Shown here piece by piece: positions 20,383 through 32,256 of a stretch of DNA of 64,000 bases (within the stretch, counting starts at the first letter, position 1; every line of letters starts with the position of its first letter). Source of the DNA: an uncultured Collinsella sp. (lineage in GTDB: Bacteria; Actinomycetota; Coriobacteriia; Coriobacteriales; Coriobacteriaceae). Location: assembly GCA_949294785.1 (NCBI GenBank), contig CASFIQ010000016.1:8770-72769 (forward strand), read 5' to 3'. The notes under the pieces are model-generated. The model did not search any database. It worked only from the letters and a program-made list of their open reading frames with translations, and was not told the origin of the DNA. The position numbers and the translations under genes were made by a program.

Positions 20383-21426
20383 ATGTTTTCTTTGATGGAT
20401 ATGCTGTTCGGCCAGTACGATGGCGATCTCGCCATCGACCTCGGCACCGCGAACACCCTGGTGTCGGTGCGCGGCAAGGGTATCGTCATACGCGAGCCCT
20501 CCGTCGTCGCCATCGACAAGAACGATGAGCGCATCCTCGCCGTGGGCATCGAGGCCAAGCGCATGCTCGGTCGCACGCCCGGCAACATCGTCGCGGTCCG
20601 ACCGCTCAAGGACGGCGTCATCGCCGACTTCGACGTGACCGAGGCGATGCTTCGCTACTTCATCGATAAGGCGAGCGAGAAGCGCTATCCCTGGACGCCG
20701 CGCCCGCGCGTGGTGGTGTGCGTGCCCTCGGGCGTCACCTCGGTCGAGAAGCGCGCCGTCTTCGAGGCCACCATCTCGGCCGGAGCACGGCAGGCGTACC
20801 TCATCGAGGAGCCCATGGCCGCGGCCATCGGCGCCGACCTCCCCGTGGAGGAGCCCACCGGGTCCATGGTCATCGATATCGGTGGCGGCACCACCGAGGT
20901 CGCCGTCATCGCCATGGGCGGTATCGTCGTCTCGCGTTCCATCCGCGTTGCGGGTGACGAGTTCGACTCGGCGATCCTCTCGCACGTCCGCGACGCCTAC
21001 AACCTCGCGATCGGCGAGCGCACGGCAGAGGACATCAAGATCAAGGTCGGCTCGGCCGTACCGCTCAAAGACGAGCTCGATGTCGAGGTCAACGGCCGCG
21101 ACGTCATCTCCGGCCTGCCCAAGACCGTGCGCATCGAGAGCGAGGAGATCCGCCGCGCGCTGCAGAAGCCGCTCGACGAGATGACCAAGGCCGTCAAGGA
21201 CGCTCTCGACGCCACGCCGCCCGACCTCGCCTCCGACCTCATGTACTACGGCATCCTGCTGACCGGCGGCGGTGCGCTGCTGCGCGGGCTCGATGTCCGC
21301 CTGCGCGATGAGACCGGTGTCTCGGTCAACGTGAGCCCCACGGCGCTCGATAACGTCGTGAACGGTTGCGCCCGCGTGCTCGAGGCCAATGCGTTCGACG
21401 GCGGTTTCGTCCAGAGCAGCGCCTAA
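20383..21426 (+). CDS. mreB: Rod shape-determining protein MreB
   Basis: IDLGTANT, EPSVVA, RPLKDGVIADF, DIGGGTTE, GERTAE, TGGGALL. Confidence 0.98.
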   Translation: MFSLMDMLFGQYDGDLAIDLGTANTLVSVRGKGIVIREPSVVAIDKNDERILAVGIEAKRMLGRTPGNIVAVRPLKDGVIADFDVTEAMLRYFIDKASEKRYPWTPRPRVVVCVPSGVTSVEKRAVFEATISAGARQAYLIEEPMAAAIGADLPVEEPTGSMVIDIGGGTTEVAVIAMGGIVVSRSIRVAGDEFDSAILSHVRDAYNLAIGERTAEDIKIKVGSAVPLKDELDVEVNGRDVISGLPKTVRIESEEIRRALQKPLDEMTKAVKDALDATPPDLASDLMYYGILLTGGGALLRGLDVRLRDETGVSVNVSPTALDNVVNGCARVLEANAFDGGFVQSSA

Positions 21427-21440
21427 AGGAGGCATCGCTC

Positions 21441-22412
21441 TTGCCACGCAAACAGGGCAGCTCGTATAACTTCGGTGCGCGCCGTCAGGCAAGTGGCGTG
21501 CGGCCGCTCATCATCTTCAGCATCATCTCGGTCGTGCTCCTCACGTTCTATATCCGCGAGGGGGACGCGGGGATGCTGCATGGGGTGCGCTCGGTCGTGT
21601 CGACCGTGTCGACGCCGGTGCGCATCGTAGGTTCGGCGGTCGCCACGCCCTTCCAGGGCATGGGTAACGTGCTGGGCAATCTTACCGCCTCCCGCGAGAC
21701 CCTGGACCAGCTGGAGCGAGAGAACGCCGAGCTGAAGAGCCGCGTCGCCGAGCTGTCGGAGGCGGATGCCGCCGCCGAGCGCCTCGAGGGCCTTCTCGAG
21801 CTTCGCTCCACCTACAACCTGCAATCGACGGCTGCGCGCATCATCGGCGAGTCGACCGATGCCTGGTCGCAGACGGTCACGATCGACAAGGGCACCGCCG
21901 ACGGCATCGACGTCAACATGCCGGTCACCAACTCGGCGGGCGTCATCGGGCAGGTCGTCGAGGTATCTGCCACCACCGCGACCGTTCGCCTCGCCACGGA
22001 TGAGAATTCCGGTATCTCCGCCATGGTGCAGGCGTCGCGCGCTCAGGGCATGCTGCGCGGGCAGGCGGACGGGACCCTCAGGCTCGATTACGTCTCCGCC
22101 GACGCCGATGTGGAGGAGGGCGACCTCATCATCACCTCCGGTATCGGCGGCGTGTATCCGAAGGGGCTTCTTCTGGGTACCGTGTCCTCGGTCACGGTCG
22201 AGGCGAACGCCACCTACGCCACGATCACGGTGAGTCCGGCCTCACGTGCGGAGAACAACGAGGAGGTCCTGGTCATCACCTCGCTCACCGAGGAGCAGGC
22301 GGCATCTGACGAGGATATCGCCGCTGCCAACGACGCTCCCCAGGGCTCGTCGCGCGAGCAGGTTGCGGAAGAGGAAGCCGAGGCCGCCGAATCCGAGCAG
22401 GAATCGCAGTAG
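21441..22412 (+). CDS. mreC: Rod shape-determining protein MreC
   Basis: TTG start after AAGGAGG, TM, coiled coil (ENAELK), IDKGTADG, TSGIGGVYPKG. Confidence 0.93.
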   Translation: MPRKQGSSYNFGARRQASGVRPLIIFSIISVVLLTFYIREGDAGMLHGVRSVVSTVSTPVRIVGSAVATPFQGMGNVLGNLTASRETLDQLERENAELKSRVAELSEADAAAERLEGLLELRSTYNLQSTAARIIGESTDAWSQTVTIDKGTADGIDVNMPVTNSAGVIGQVVEVSATTATVRLATDENSGISAMVQASRAQGMLRGQADGTLRLDYVSADADVEEGDLIITSGIGGVYPKGLLLGTVSSVTVEANATYATITVSPASRAENNEEVLVITSLTEEQAASDEDIAAANDAPQGSSREQVAEEEAEAAESEQESQ

Positions 22413-22422
22413 GGGAGGCGCC

Positions 22423-22971
22423 ATGGAACTTCGCGATCCGGCGCGTGGGCGCCAATCCGTCATCATCTTCGCTATCGTCGCGCTCGTGCTGCAGGTCGCG
22501 CTCGGGCCGCAGATCTCCATCTTCGGTGGCCGGGTGAACTTCCTGCTCGCCTTCGCCGGGGCCCAGGCCCTGTCGGGCGATACGAACCGCTCCGCCTACG
22601 TCGGCTTCTTCTGCGGGCTCTTCTACGACCTCACCGCTCCGGTCCCCATCGGCCTCATGGCGCTCATCATGACCGTGTCCACCTTCCTGCTCTCCTCGAT
22701 CGTCGGCATGGCGGGGTCGGGCCTTACCGGGCGCTCGGTGCAGTATCTCGCCATCTACGGGCTGTCGGTCTCGCTCGTCTACGGGCTCATCCTCTTCCTC
22801 ATGGGCGTCGAGGGCGATTTCGTGGCCGCGCTCTTCGGCAGGGGCCTTCTGACCGCGGTGCTCTCGGTCGCCGTCTCGCTGGTGTTCGTCGTCCTCATGG
22901 GTTCGTTCGAGGGCGGCGGCCGCGCCGGGTTCTCGCACCGACGCGGCTCGCGCTTCAAGCAGGTACGCTAG
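22423..22971 (+). CDS. mreD: Rod shape-determining protein MreD
   Basis: Small polytopic membrane protein with GFFCGLFYD, between mreC and pbp2. Confidence 0.85.
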   Translation: MELRDPARGRQSVIIFAIVALVLQVALGPQISIFGGRVNFLLAFAGAQALSGDTNRSAYVGFFCGLFYDLTAPVPIGLMALIMTVSTFLLSSIVGMAGSGLTGRSVQYLAIYGLSVSLVYGLILFLMGVEGDFVAALFGRGLLTAVLSVAVSLVFVVLMGSFEGGGRAGFSHRRGSRFKQVR

Positions 22972-22984
22972 GTGGTGGGCTGAT

Positions 22985-25042
22985 ATGGACGCTCAGCTCA
23001 TCGTCGTCTTAGCGGGTATCGTCCTTATGGTCGTGATCGTGGGGTCGGTCCTGTTCATGCGCGGCTATTCCGGCAAGTTCACCTTCGATACGGCCGACGG
23101 CACGCGCCCGCGCGCCTCCGAGGGCGACGGCAACACCACGGGCGTCGCCTTCAAGGGCCGCTTCACCATGCTCACCGCGGGCGTCGTCGCGATGTTCGGC
23201 GCGCTCGTCGCAAAGCTCTGGAGCATGCAGATGGTGAGCTCGGATTACTACGACACGCTGTCCGAGCAGAACCAGACCAGGACCGTCACCACGCCCGCGC
23301 CGCGCGGGCGCATCCTCGACCGCAACGGCGTGGCGCTCGTCACCAATCGCGCCTCGCTCGCCGTCACCGCCTACCGCGACGTCGCGGACGATCCCGTCCT
23401 CGTGCGCCACGTGGCGAACGTGCTGGGCATGCCCTATGTCGCGGCGCTGCGCAACATCCAGGACAACACCGAGGGGGCCCAGGCCCGTCACACCATCGCC
23501 ACCGATGTGCGCCGCTCCACGATCGCCTACATCCAGGAGCACGCGGGCGTCTTCGCCGGGCTCTATGTCGACGAGCGAACCGAGCGCCAGTACCCCTACG
23601 GTACGCTCGCGGCGCACGTGCTCGGCTATACCGGCACCGTGACCCAGGGGCAGCTCGCCGCGCAGGAGGAGGCGGCGAGCTCCTTGGATGAGGGGGCCAT
23701 CACCTACACCTCGGGTGACACCGTGGGGCAGGCGGGCGTCGAGTACGAGTACGAGAGCGTCCTGCAGGGGATCAAGGGCGAGCAGACGGTCACCGTCGAC
23801 GCGTTCGGCAACGTGATGAGCGAGGCCGGGGCCGTCCCCGCGAGCGCCGGCTCCGATATCCGTCTCACGTTGGACCTCGCGATCCAGCAGGCTTGCGAGT
23901 CGGGCCTCAACCACGCGATCGAGTCCGCCAAGCAGCAGGGTATGGTCAACGCCGGAGCCGGCGCCTGCATCTGCCTCGATTGCACCACCGGCGAGGTGCT
24001 GGGCATGGCGAGCGCGCCGACCTTCGACCCGTCGGTGTTCATCGGCGGCATCTCGAATGACGATTGGGAGGCGCTGAACGGCGAGGACTCCGGCAACCCC
24101 ATGCTCAACCGCGCCATCTCGGGCCAGTACATGTCCGCCTCGACGATCAAGAGCCTGACCTCGCTGGCGGCGCTCGAATACGGCATCTACTCCTCGACGC
24201 GCACCACGGTGTGCACCGGTTGGTGGACGGGCAACGGCGAGGAGAACGGCCAGGCCTGCTGGCTGGAGACCGGGCACGGGACCCAGAACCTGCAGGGCGG
24301 CATCGCCCATTCCTGCGACCCGGTTTTCTACGATATCGGGCACGATTTCTACTACAACCCCGATAACCCCGAGGGCATGCAGGAGATGTTCCGGCGTTGG
24401 GGCCTGGGTTCGCCCACGGGGATCGACCTGCCGAGCGAGGGCGAGGGCCGCGTGCCCGACGCCGCGTGGAAGGAGCGCTACTTCTCCGATTGGTCCTCCG
24501 AAGACCGCTCGTGGAACCCCGGCGACATGACGAACCTCGCTATCGGCCAGGGCGATATCCTGGTCACGCCGATTCAGATGGCGACCGTCTACGCGGGCAT
24601 CGCCATGGGGGGCAAGGAGCTCACCCCGCATGTGTTCTACTCCGCGGTCTCGCGCACCGGCGAGGGCGACGCGTACCGCTACAACGAGACCGGCACCAAG
24701 GAGCGTCTCACGGCGAAGATCAACTCCGATGCCGATCTCGCCCTCGTGAAGGCCGGTCTGCACGATGTGATCTACGTGACGAGCACGGATACCGCGCGGC
24801 ATTTCAGCTCGCTGCCCGTCGAGGTCGCGGGGAAGTCGGGTACGGGCGAGAAGACGGGCGAGGACAACTATGCGTGGTTCTGCGCCTACGCGCCGGCCGA
24901 CGACCCAAAGTACGTCGTTACCGCCGTGCTGGAGCAGGGCGGCGGCGGCTCGGATACCGCGCTCATCGCCGTGCGAGACGTTCTGGGCCATATCTACAAC
25001 TCACCGGATACCTATACGTCCTATGAATCGGGCGTTCGCTGA
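22985..25042 (+). CDS. mrdA: Penicillin-binding protein 2 (class B transpeptidase)
   Basis: APRGRILDRNG, RQYPYG, SxxK (STIK), SxD (SCD), KSG motifs. Confidence 0.95.
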   Translation: MDAQLIVVLAGIVLMVVIVGSVLFMRGYSGKFTFDTADGTRPRASEGDGNTTGVAFKGRFTMLTAGVVAMFGALVAKLWSMQMVSSDYYDTLSEQNQTRTVTTPAPRGRILDRNGVALVTNRASLAVTAYRDVADDPVLVRHVANVLGMPYVAALRNIQDNTEGAQARHTIATDVRRSTIAYIQEHAGVFAGLYVDERTERQYPYGTLAAHVLGYTGTVTQGQLAAQEEAASSLDEGAITYTSGDTVGQAGVEYEYESVLQGIKGEQTVTVDAFGNVMSEAGAVPASAGSDIRLTLDLAIQQACESGLNHAIESAKQQGMVNAGAGACICLDCTTGEVLGMASAPTFDPSVFIGGISNDDWEALNGEDSGNPMLNRAISGQYMSASTIKSLTSLAALEYGIYSSTRTTVCTGWWTGNGEENGQACWLETGHGTQNLQGGIAHSCDPVFYDIGHDFYYNPDNPEGMQEMFRRWGLGSPTGIDLPSEGEGRVPDAAWKERYFSDWSSEDRSWNPGDMTNLAIGQGDILVTPIQMATVYAGIAMGGKELTPHVFYSAVSRTGEGDAYRYNETGTKERLTAKINSDADLALVKAGLHDVIYVTSTDTARHFSSLPVEVAGKSGTGEKTGEDNYAWFCAYAPADDPKYVVTAVLEQGGGGSDTALIAVRDVLGHIYNSPDTYTSYESGVR

Positions 25043-25055
25043 GAGGAGGGATTTG

Positions 25056-26267
25056 ATGGCGACGGCATCGCGCGCAGCCCGCTCGAACGCGAGCAGCTTG
25101 AAGCGCGTCAACAAGACGATGAACATGTCGCGCGGGGGCTTCCGTCAGTCCGTGCACCTGGGGGTGCTCGCGGCGTGGCTGGGGCTCGTGGCCTACGGCT
25201 GCGTGGTCATGTGGTCGGCCTCGCTTTCCATTCCCGAGGTCTCCTTCTCGCGCCATCTGCTGGGAATCGGCCTCGGTTTCGCGGCGGCGCTCGTGATCTG
25301 GAACACCGACCTCAGGAACCTGCAGAACATCTCGACCGCGCTGCTCGTGATCGATATCGTGCTGGTCTTTTTGCCCAACGTCCCCGGTCTCTCACACAAC
25401 GCCAACGGCATGACCGGCTGGATCAGAATCCCCATCATCGGACTCACCTATCAGCCGGTCGAGCTCGTGAAGCTCGTCACCATCTTCTTCATCTCCTCGC
25501 TCGCCGCGCAGTACAACGGCAGGATCGATACGGTTCGCGACTATATCAAGCTCTGCGGGATGCTCTTCATCCCCTTTGCCTGCGTCATCATCCAAGGCGA
25601 CCTGGGATCGGGCCTTGTGGTCTTCTTCTCGGGCGCCGTGGTGATCATGATGAGCGGCGCGAAGAAGGAGTGGGTGCTCTCCACGCTCGCGATCATGATC
25701 GGCCTCGTCTCGCTCATCCTCGCGACCGACTCGATAATCGACGGCGTGCTGGGTGATTCGAACTCCCTCATCAAGGATTACCAGATGAACCGCCTGCTTG
25801 TGTTCATCGACCCCGAATCCTCGACTTCCGAAGAGGGGTACAACCTCCAGCAGGCGCTCATCGCGGTTGGCTCCGGCGGCTTTCTGGGCAAGGGCATCGG
25901 CAATGCCACGCAGTCCTCGTCCGGTTTTCTGCCCGAGGCCCAGACCGACTTCGTCTTCGCGCTCACCAGCGAGACCTTCGGGTTTCTGGGCGCGGTCGTG
26001 CTCCTGGCGCTGTTCGCGCTGCTGATGCTCTCCTCGGTGCGCGTCGCCGTGAAGAACGAGAACCTGTTCATGCGCCTCGCATGCGTGGGTATCGTAGGCA
26101 TGTGGATGTTCCAGATCTTCGAGAACATCGGTATGTGCATCGGCCTCATGCCCATCACGGGCATCCCGCTGCCCTTCATCAGCTTCGGTTCGTCTTCCAT
26201 GATCACGCAATGCTGCGCCGTGGGCATCGTCCAGTCCATCTGGCGCTTCCGACAGAAATCCGCGTAA
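25056..26267 (+). CDS. rodA: SEDS peptidoglycan glycosyltransferase RodA
   Basis: QPVELVK, DLGS, GSGGFLGKG, PEAQTDF, PITGIPLPFISFGSSS. Confidence 0.93.
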   Translation: MATASRAARSNASSLKRVNKTMNMSRGGFRQSVHLGVLAAWLGLVAYGCVVMWSASLSIPEVSFSRHLLGIGLGFAAALVIWNTDLRNLQNISTALLVIDIVLVFLPNVPGLSHNANGMTGWIRIPIIGLTYQPVELVKLVTIFFISSLAAQYNGRIDTVRDYIKLCGMLFIPFACVIIQGDLGSGLVVFFSGAVVIMMSGAKKEWVLSTLAIMIGLVSLILATDSIIDGVLGDSNSLIKDYQMNRLLVFIDPESSTSEEGYNLQQALIAVGSGGFLGKGIGNATQSSSGFLPEAQTDFVFALTSETFGFLGAVVLLALFALLMLSSVRVAVKNENLFMRLACVGIVGMWMFQIFENIGMCIGLMPITGIPLPFISFGSSSMITQCCAVGIVQSIWRFRQKSA

Positions 26268-26276
26268 AGGAGGAAC

Positions 26277-27224
26277 ATGCGCTTCCCGTTCTCATCCATG
26301 GCCGACGCCGCGAAGGTCGGGCTCGGCACCGCGTTCGATACCGAGTCTCCTGTTCGCGTCGCTGTCTACCTCGATGACTCCGCCGCGCCGCAGCTCGTCC
26401 AGACGATCCGCGATGCGTTCGTACCCCGAACCACCTCGGCGATTCTGCGCGTCGACCGGTTGCGCGACACCACGCCGCCGCCCAAGACCGACACCGATGT
26501 GGTATTGGTGCTCACCTCGGGGTCTGAGCATCTCGAGCGCTGCGTGCAGCGGCTCGTCATCGCCGGTGCCCCCGTGTGCGTGGTGTGCGAGTCGAGCGTC
26601 GAGGCCCCCTTCATCGAGAGCGACTCGCCGATGCTCGGCATGGTCGCCGCCACGGACAAGACGCATCTGCTCGATGAGCTGGCGCGCTGGATCTTGGACC
26701 GTACCGACAAGGACACCGCCTTCGCCTCGAACTTTCCGTTCATGCGCATCGCCGCCTGCATGCGCATCATCACCTCCACGGCGGTCGCCAACGCGATCAC
26801 CGGCGCCATCCCCTTCATCGCGGGGTCCAACTTCCCCGTGATGGCGCTCGCCGAGGTGGGCATGCAGCTCAAACTCGCCGGCGTCTTCGGCAACCGCCTG
26901 CGCCCCGAGCGCGCGATCGAGGGTGCCGCCGCCGTGACCGCGGGCTTCTGTCTGAGGCAGCTCGCGCGCGCCGGCGTCCGTCAGGCACCGGGTGCCTCCT
27001 TCGCCATCAAACCGCTTGTCGCCGGCATCGGCACCTACACCATCGGGCGCACGCTCATGGCGTTCTACGAGCATGGGGTTGACTACCAGCGGCTGCGTTC
27101 CGCCGGCCGCGGTGCCGTGGCCCAGGCGCGCGCCCTGTGGGACACCGTGCGCACCGATCTCACCCGCGCCCGTGCAGCTTCGGCGGACGCTTCGGTGGAC
27201 GACCTCGCCGGGGAGGTGCGCTGA
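26277..27224 (+). CDS. Hypothetical protein, C-terminal half resembles DUF697/YcjF-like domain
   Basis: SD AAGGAGG, typical codon use; ANAITGAIPFIAGSNFPVMALAEVGMQLKLAGVFG pattern. Confidence 0.6.
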   Translation: MRFPFSSMADAAKVGLGTAFDTESPVRVAVYLDDSAAPQLVQTIRDAFVPRTTSAILRVDRLRDTTPPPKTDTDVVLVLTSGSEHLERCVQRLVIAGAPVCVVCESSVEAPFIESDSPMLGMVAATDKTHLLDELARWILDRTDKDTAFASNFPFMRIAACMRIITSTAVANAITGAIPFIAGSNFPVMALAEVGMQLKLAGVFGNRLRPERAIEGAAAVTAGFCLRQLARAGVRQAPGASFAIKPLVAGIGTYTIGRTLMAFYEHGVDYQRLRSAGRGAVAQARALWDTVRTDLTRARAASADASVDDLAGEVR

Positions 27225-27227
27225 ACC

Positions 27228-29105
27228 GTGGGCGCCGTCTACGAGGACCGTTTCGCCGATATCGAGCCCCTGCTCTCCCGTGTGGAGAAGCCCACGCGCT
27301 ACCTCGACCATGAATGGGGCGCGCTCGCAAGCGCCGAGGCGCGCTACCGCGTGTGCCTTATCTACCCCGATGTCTACGAGGTCGGTCTGCCCAACCAGGG
27401 TCTCCAGATCCTGTACCGCGTGCTCAACCGCGAGGGGGGCATCTCGTGCGAGCGGGGGTACGTTCCCTGGGTCGACATGGCCGATGCGATGCGCGGCGCC
27501 GGTGTGCCCCTGCTCTCGCTCGAGGGGGCGGCACCCGTGGCATCGTTCGACCTCGTGGGTTTCCATATCCCGCACGAGATGGCCGCCACGAACTACCTCG
27601 AGGCGCTCGACCTCGCCGGTATCCCGCTTCTGGCGAGCGAGCGCGGAGAGGACGACCCGATCGTGGTCGCGGGCGGTCCGTCGGTCTACAACCCCGAGCC
27701 CATCGCCCCCTTCTTCGATGCGTTTCTGATCGGCGAGGGGGAGGAGTCCATCGTCGAGGTCGCGCGGACCCACGAGCGGCTGCGTGACGCGGGCGCTTCG
27801 CGCGACGAGGTGCTGCGGGGCCTCGCGCAGGTGCCCGGCACCTATGTGCCCTCCCTCTACGAGGTCGAGTACGGCCCGGACACGACGCGTTGGGGTGCGA
27901 CCGTCCCGCGTGCGGGGGAGGACGTGCCGGAGGTCGTCTTGAAGCGCGTGGTCGATGACTTCGGCGCCACCGACCCCGTCCCGCAGACGGTCGTGCCCTT
28001 CGCCCAGCTCGTGCACGACCGCCTCTCCGTGGAGGTGCTTCGCGGCTGCGCCCGAGGATGCCGCTTCTGCCAGGCGGGCATCACCTACCGGCCCGTGCGC
28101 GAGCGCTCGGCGGACCAGGTGGTGTCGGCTGTGTGCCGCGGCCTCGAGCGCACCGGATACGATGAGGTCTCGCTCACCTCGCTTTCCACCACCGACCACT
28201 CCGCCTGCGCGGAGATCCTGGGCCGGCTCAACCGTCGGCTCGCCGACACGGGAGTTCAGGTGTCGATCCCCTCGCAGCGGCTCGACTCCTTCGGCGTCCG
28301 CATGGCCGAGGCGGTCGCAGGCGAGAAGAAGGGCGGTCTCACCTTCGCCCCGGAGGCCGGCAGCCAGCGCATGCGTGACATCATCAACAAGAACGTCACC
28401 GAGGAAGACCTCGACCGTGCCGTTACCGCGGCCATCGAGGCGGGCTGGCGCCGCTGCAAGCTGTACTTCATGATGGGCCTGCCCGGCGAGACGGACGAGG
28501 ACATCGTCGCTATCGCCCGCCTTGCGGACCATGTTCTCGAGCTTGCGCGCAGCGTCGCCGGCAAGGGCCAGCGCGGTGCCATCTCGGTGTCCATTTCGGT
28601 CGCCGTGTTCATTCCCAAGGCATGGACGCCGTTCCAATGGTGCGCCCAGCTGGACGATGCCGAGGTCAAGCGGCGTCAGCAGCTTCTTCTGCACAGCGTG
28701 CGCAACCGCGCGGTGCGCGTCCATTACCATGACGCCGATACTTCGCTTATCGAGGCGGTGCTGTCGCGCGGCGGACGCGACCTCGCCCCGGTCATCCTGG
28801 GGGCGTGGCGTCGCGGCCAGCGCTTCGATGCTTGGACCGAGCAATTCGATCTCGCTCGGTGGGAGGCGGCTGCGAAGGAGGCCGCCATCGATCTGCGCGC
28901 GGTCGCGCATGAGGAGTTCGACCATGCGGCTCGGCTCCCGTGGGACCACGTCACGCCGGGTGTCTTGAAGGGTTTTCTGGAACGGGAGTGGAAGCGCGCC
29001 CTTTCCGGTGTCACCACCGCCGATTGCACGCGCGAGAGCTGCACGGGCTGCGGGATCTGCCCCGCGCTCGGCACGGGAAACCATCTGGCAGGTGAGCGCT
29101 CATGA
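27228..29105 (+). CDS. Radical SAM protein, TIGR03960-type
   Basis: YPDVYEVGLPNQG, CxxxCxxC (GCARGCRFCQAG), TFAPEAGSQR, YFMMGLP, C-terminal CxxxxCxxCGxC. Confidence 0.9.
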   Translation: MGAVYEDRFADIEPLLSRVEKPTRYLDHEWGALASAEARYRVCLIYPDVYEVGLPNQGLQILYRVLNREGGISCERGYVPWVDMADAMRGAGVPLLSLEGAAPVASFDLVGFHIPHEMAATNYLEALDLAGIPLLASERGEDDPIVVAGGPSVYNPEPIAPFFDAFLIGEGEESIVEVARTHERLRDAGASRDEVLRGLAQVPGTYVPSLYEVEYGPDTTRWGATVPRAGEDVPEVVLKRVVDDFGATDPVPQTVVPFAQLVHDRLSVEVLRGCARGCRFCQAGITYRPVRERSADQVVSAVCRGLERTGYDEVSLTSLSTTDHSACAEILGRLNRRLADTGVQVSIPSQRLDSFGVRMAEAVAGEKKGGLTFAPEAGSQRMRDIINKNVTEEDLDRAVTAAIEAGWRRCKLYFMMGLPGETDEDIVAIARLADHVLELARSVAGKGQRGAISVSISVAVFIPKAWTPFQWCAQLDDAEVKRRQQLLLHSVRNRAVRVHYHDADTSLIEAVLSRGGRDLAPVILGAWRRGQRFDAWTEQFDLARWEAAAKEAAIDLRAVAHEEFDHAARLPWDHVTPGVLKGFLEREWKRALSGVTTADCTRESCTGCGICPALGTGNHLAGERS

Positions 29106-29875
29106 GCGAGGAGACCCTCTACAAGCTCCGCGTCCGCTATCGCAAACAGGGGCGCCTGCGCTATCTCGGACATCTCGAGGTCGCACATACCTGGGACCGC
29201 GCGGTGCGGCGCGCCGGGCTTCCGTTCGCCGTCACCCAGGGGTTCTCGCCGCATATGCGCATCGCGTTCTCCTCGGCGCTTCCGGTGGGGACGGCATCGG
29301 ATTCGGAATGGGTCGACGTGGTGCTGCGCGACTACGTGCCCGCACCCGCGGCGCTCGATGCGCTCGCGCGCTCGATGCCCGAGGACCTCGGTCCCCTCGA
29401 GGCGCGCTACGTCGATGTGCGCGCGAGCGCGCTCACGGCGTTCATCACGCGTGCGGACTATCGCGTGCGGCTTGAGCCGGCATCCGGAGCACTGGATGCG
29501 GCCGCCGTGTCCCGCGCGCTCGAGGCGGTGGTTTCCGCAGGGGGCATCATCTATCTGCGCGGGCGCAAGGAGCGTTCGATGGACGTCCGCCGCACGCTCA
29601 CGGGGTTCCGTGCGACGGATGCGAGCTCGGGCGGGGTGGAGGTGCTGCTTGAGACGCATCTCGATAACGACGGCGCGCTCAGGCCCGAGATCCTCATCGC
29701 CGCACTCGACCGCGCGCTCGCCCCGCGTGCCGACGATGAGCCCATCGTCTCGTCCGGCATCCAAAGCTGGCGCAACTTCGGCCGCGTGGCCATCGAGCGT
29801 ATCGGGCAGTACGGGGAGGGCCCCGAAGGCGATATGACCGACCCCGCGGGGCACGCAAGTATCGACATATTGTGA
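29102..29875 (+). CDS. Radical SAM-linked protein, TIGR03936/DUF2344-type
   Basis: RLRYLGHLE, RAGLPFAVTQGFSPH, SALPVG; ATGA overlap with upstream gene. Confidence 0.88.
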   Translation: MSEETLYKLRVRYRKQGRLRYLGHLEVAHTWDRAVRRAGLPFAVTQGFSPHMRIAFSSALPVGTASDSEWVDVVLRDYVPAPAALDALARSMPEDLGPLEARYVDVRASALTAFITRADYRVRLEPASGALDAAAVSRALEAVVSAGGIIYLRGRKERSMDVRRTLTGFRATDASSGGVEVLLETHLDNDGALRPEILIAALDRALAPRADDEPIVSSGIQSWRNFGRVAIERIGQYGEGPEGDMTDPAGHASIDIL

Positions 29876-29904
29876 GCGTGCCTTCCAAGTTTTCTCGCAC
29901 GTCG

Positions 29905-29936
29905 TTGACGGGGGAGTTTCGTGCTGCTACCATAAT
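29905..29936 (+). promoter_or_regulatory. Promoter of rplU-rpmA
   Basis: TTGACG-N17-TACCAT (overlapping CATAAT). Confidence 0.6.
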
Positions 29937-29974
29937 CGGCTGTTGCACTACCAGATGCATGAAGGGTAAAGAGA

Positions 29975-30346
29975 ATGTACGCAATCGTTTCCACGGGCGG
30001 CAAGCAGTACAAGGTCGCCACCGATGACGTCATCACGGTCGAGAAGATCGAGGGCAACATCGGCGACAAGGTCCAGCTCCCGGTCCTCTTCCTGAACGAC
30101 GGCAAGAAGATCGTCACGGATGCTGCCAAGCTCGCCAAGGCCAAGGTCACCGCCGAGATCGTCGATCAGTTCAAGGGTGAGAAGCAGCTCGTCTTCAAGT
30201 TCAAGAAGCGCAAGCGCTATCATCGTCTCAAGGGCCATCGCCAGCAGCTCACCAAGGTCAAGATCACCAAGATCCAGGCCACGTCGCGCGCTGCCGCCAA
30301 GAAGGCCGCCACGGAGCCCGAGGCTGCCGCCCCGGCTGCCGAGTAG
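29975..30346 (+). CDS. rplU: 50S ribosomal protein L21
   Basis: [22 protein letters not shown]. Confidence 0.98.
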   Translation: MYAIVSTGGKQYKVATDDVITVEKIEGNIGDKVQLPVLFLNDGKKIVTDAAKLAKAKVTAEIVDQFKGEKQLVFKFKKRKRYHRLKGHRQQLTKVKITKIQATSRAAAKKAATEPEAAAPAAE

Positions 30347-30381
30347 GCAAGCATCGTCATTCGAAAGAGCAGGTAGAAACC

Positions 30382-30639
30382 ATGGCACACAAAAAAGGAC
30401 TCGGTTCCTCCCGTAATGGTCGCGATTCCCGCGGCCAGCGCCTCGGCTGCAAGCGCTTCGGCGGCCAGACCGTCACCGCGGGCAGCATCCTCGTTCGCCA
30501 GCACGGCACCCACATCCACCCGGGCGAGAACGTCGGCCGCGGCAAGGATGACACGCTGTTCGCGCTCATCGACGGCACCGTCGAGTACAAGCGCGGCCAG
30601 AAGCATCGCGTGAGCGTTCGTCCCCTGGTGAACGCGTAG
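30382..30639 (+). CDS. rpmA: 50S ribosomal protein L27
   Basis: [27 protein letters not shown]. Confidence 0.99.
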   Translation: MAHKKGLGSSRNGRDSRGQRLGCKRFGGQTVTAGSILVRQHGTHIHPGENVGRGKDDTLFALIDGTVEYKRGQKHRVSVRPLVNA

Positions 30640-32181
<1,542 letters not shown>

Positions 32182-32256
32182 GCGGCGCACGTGCGCGCCG
32201 GTGCGAGCTCGCATGGTATGCTGATGGCAGGGCGAGACGCGCGAGGGGAGGATGCG

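Noticed and set aside
26292-29084. 930-aa antisense ORF (and similar: 474-2219, 4241-6556, 7950-9761, 12394-14019, 23009-24991, 39020-40969, 60288-62225)
   Set aside because: Shadow ORFs opposite well-supported genes; expected from high GC3 codon bias; no recognisable motifs
30346-30382. Missing prp (ysxB) protease gene between rplU and rpmA
   Set aside because: L27 starts MAHKKG with no cleavable extension, so the absence is expected
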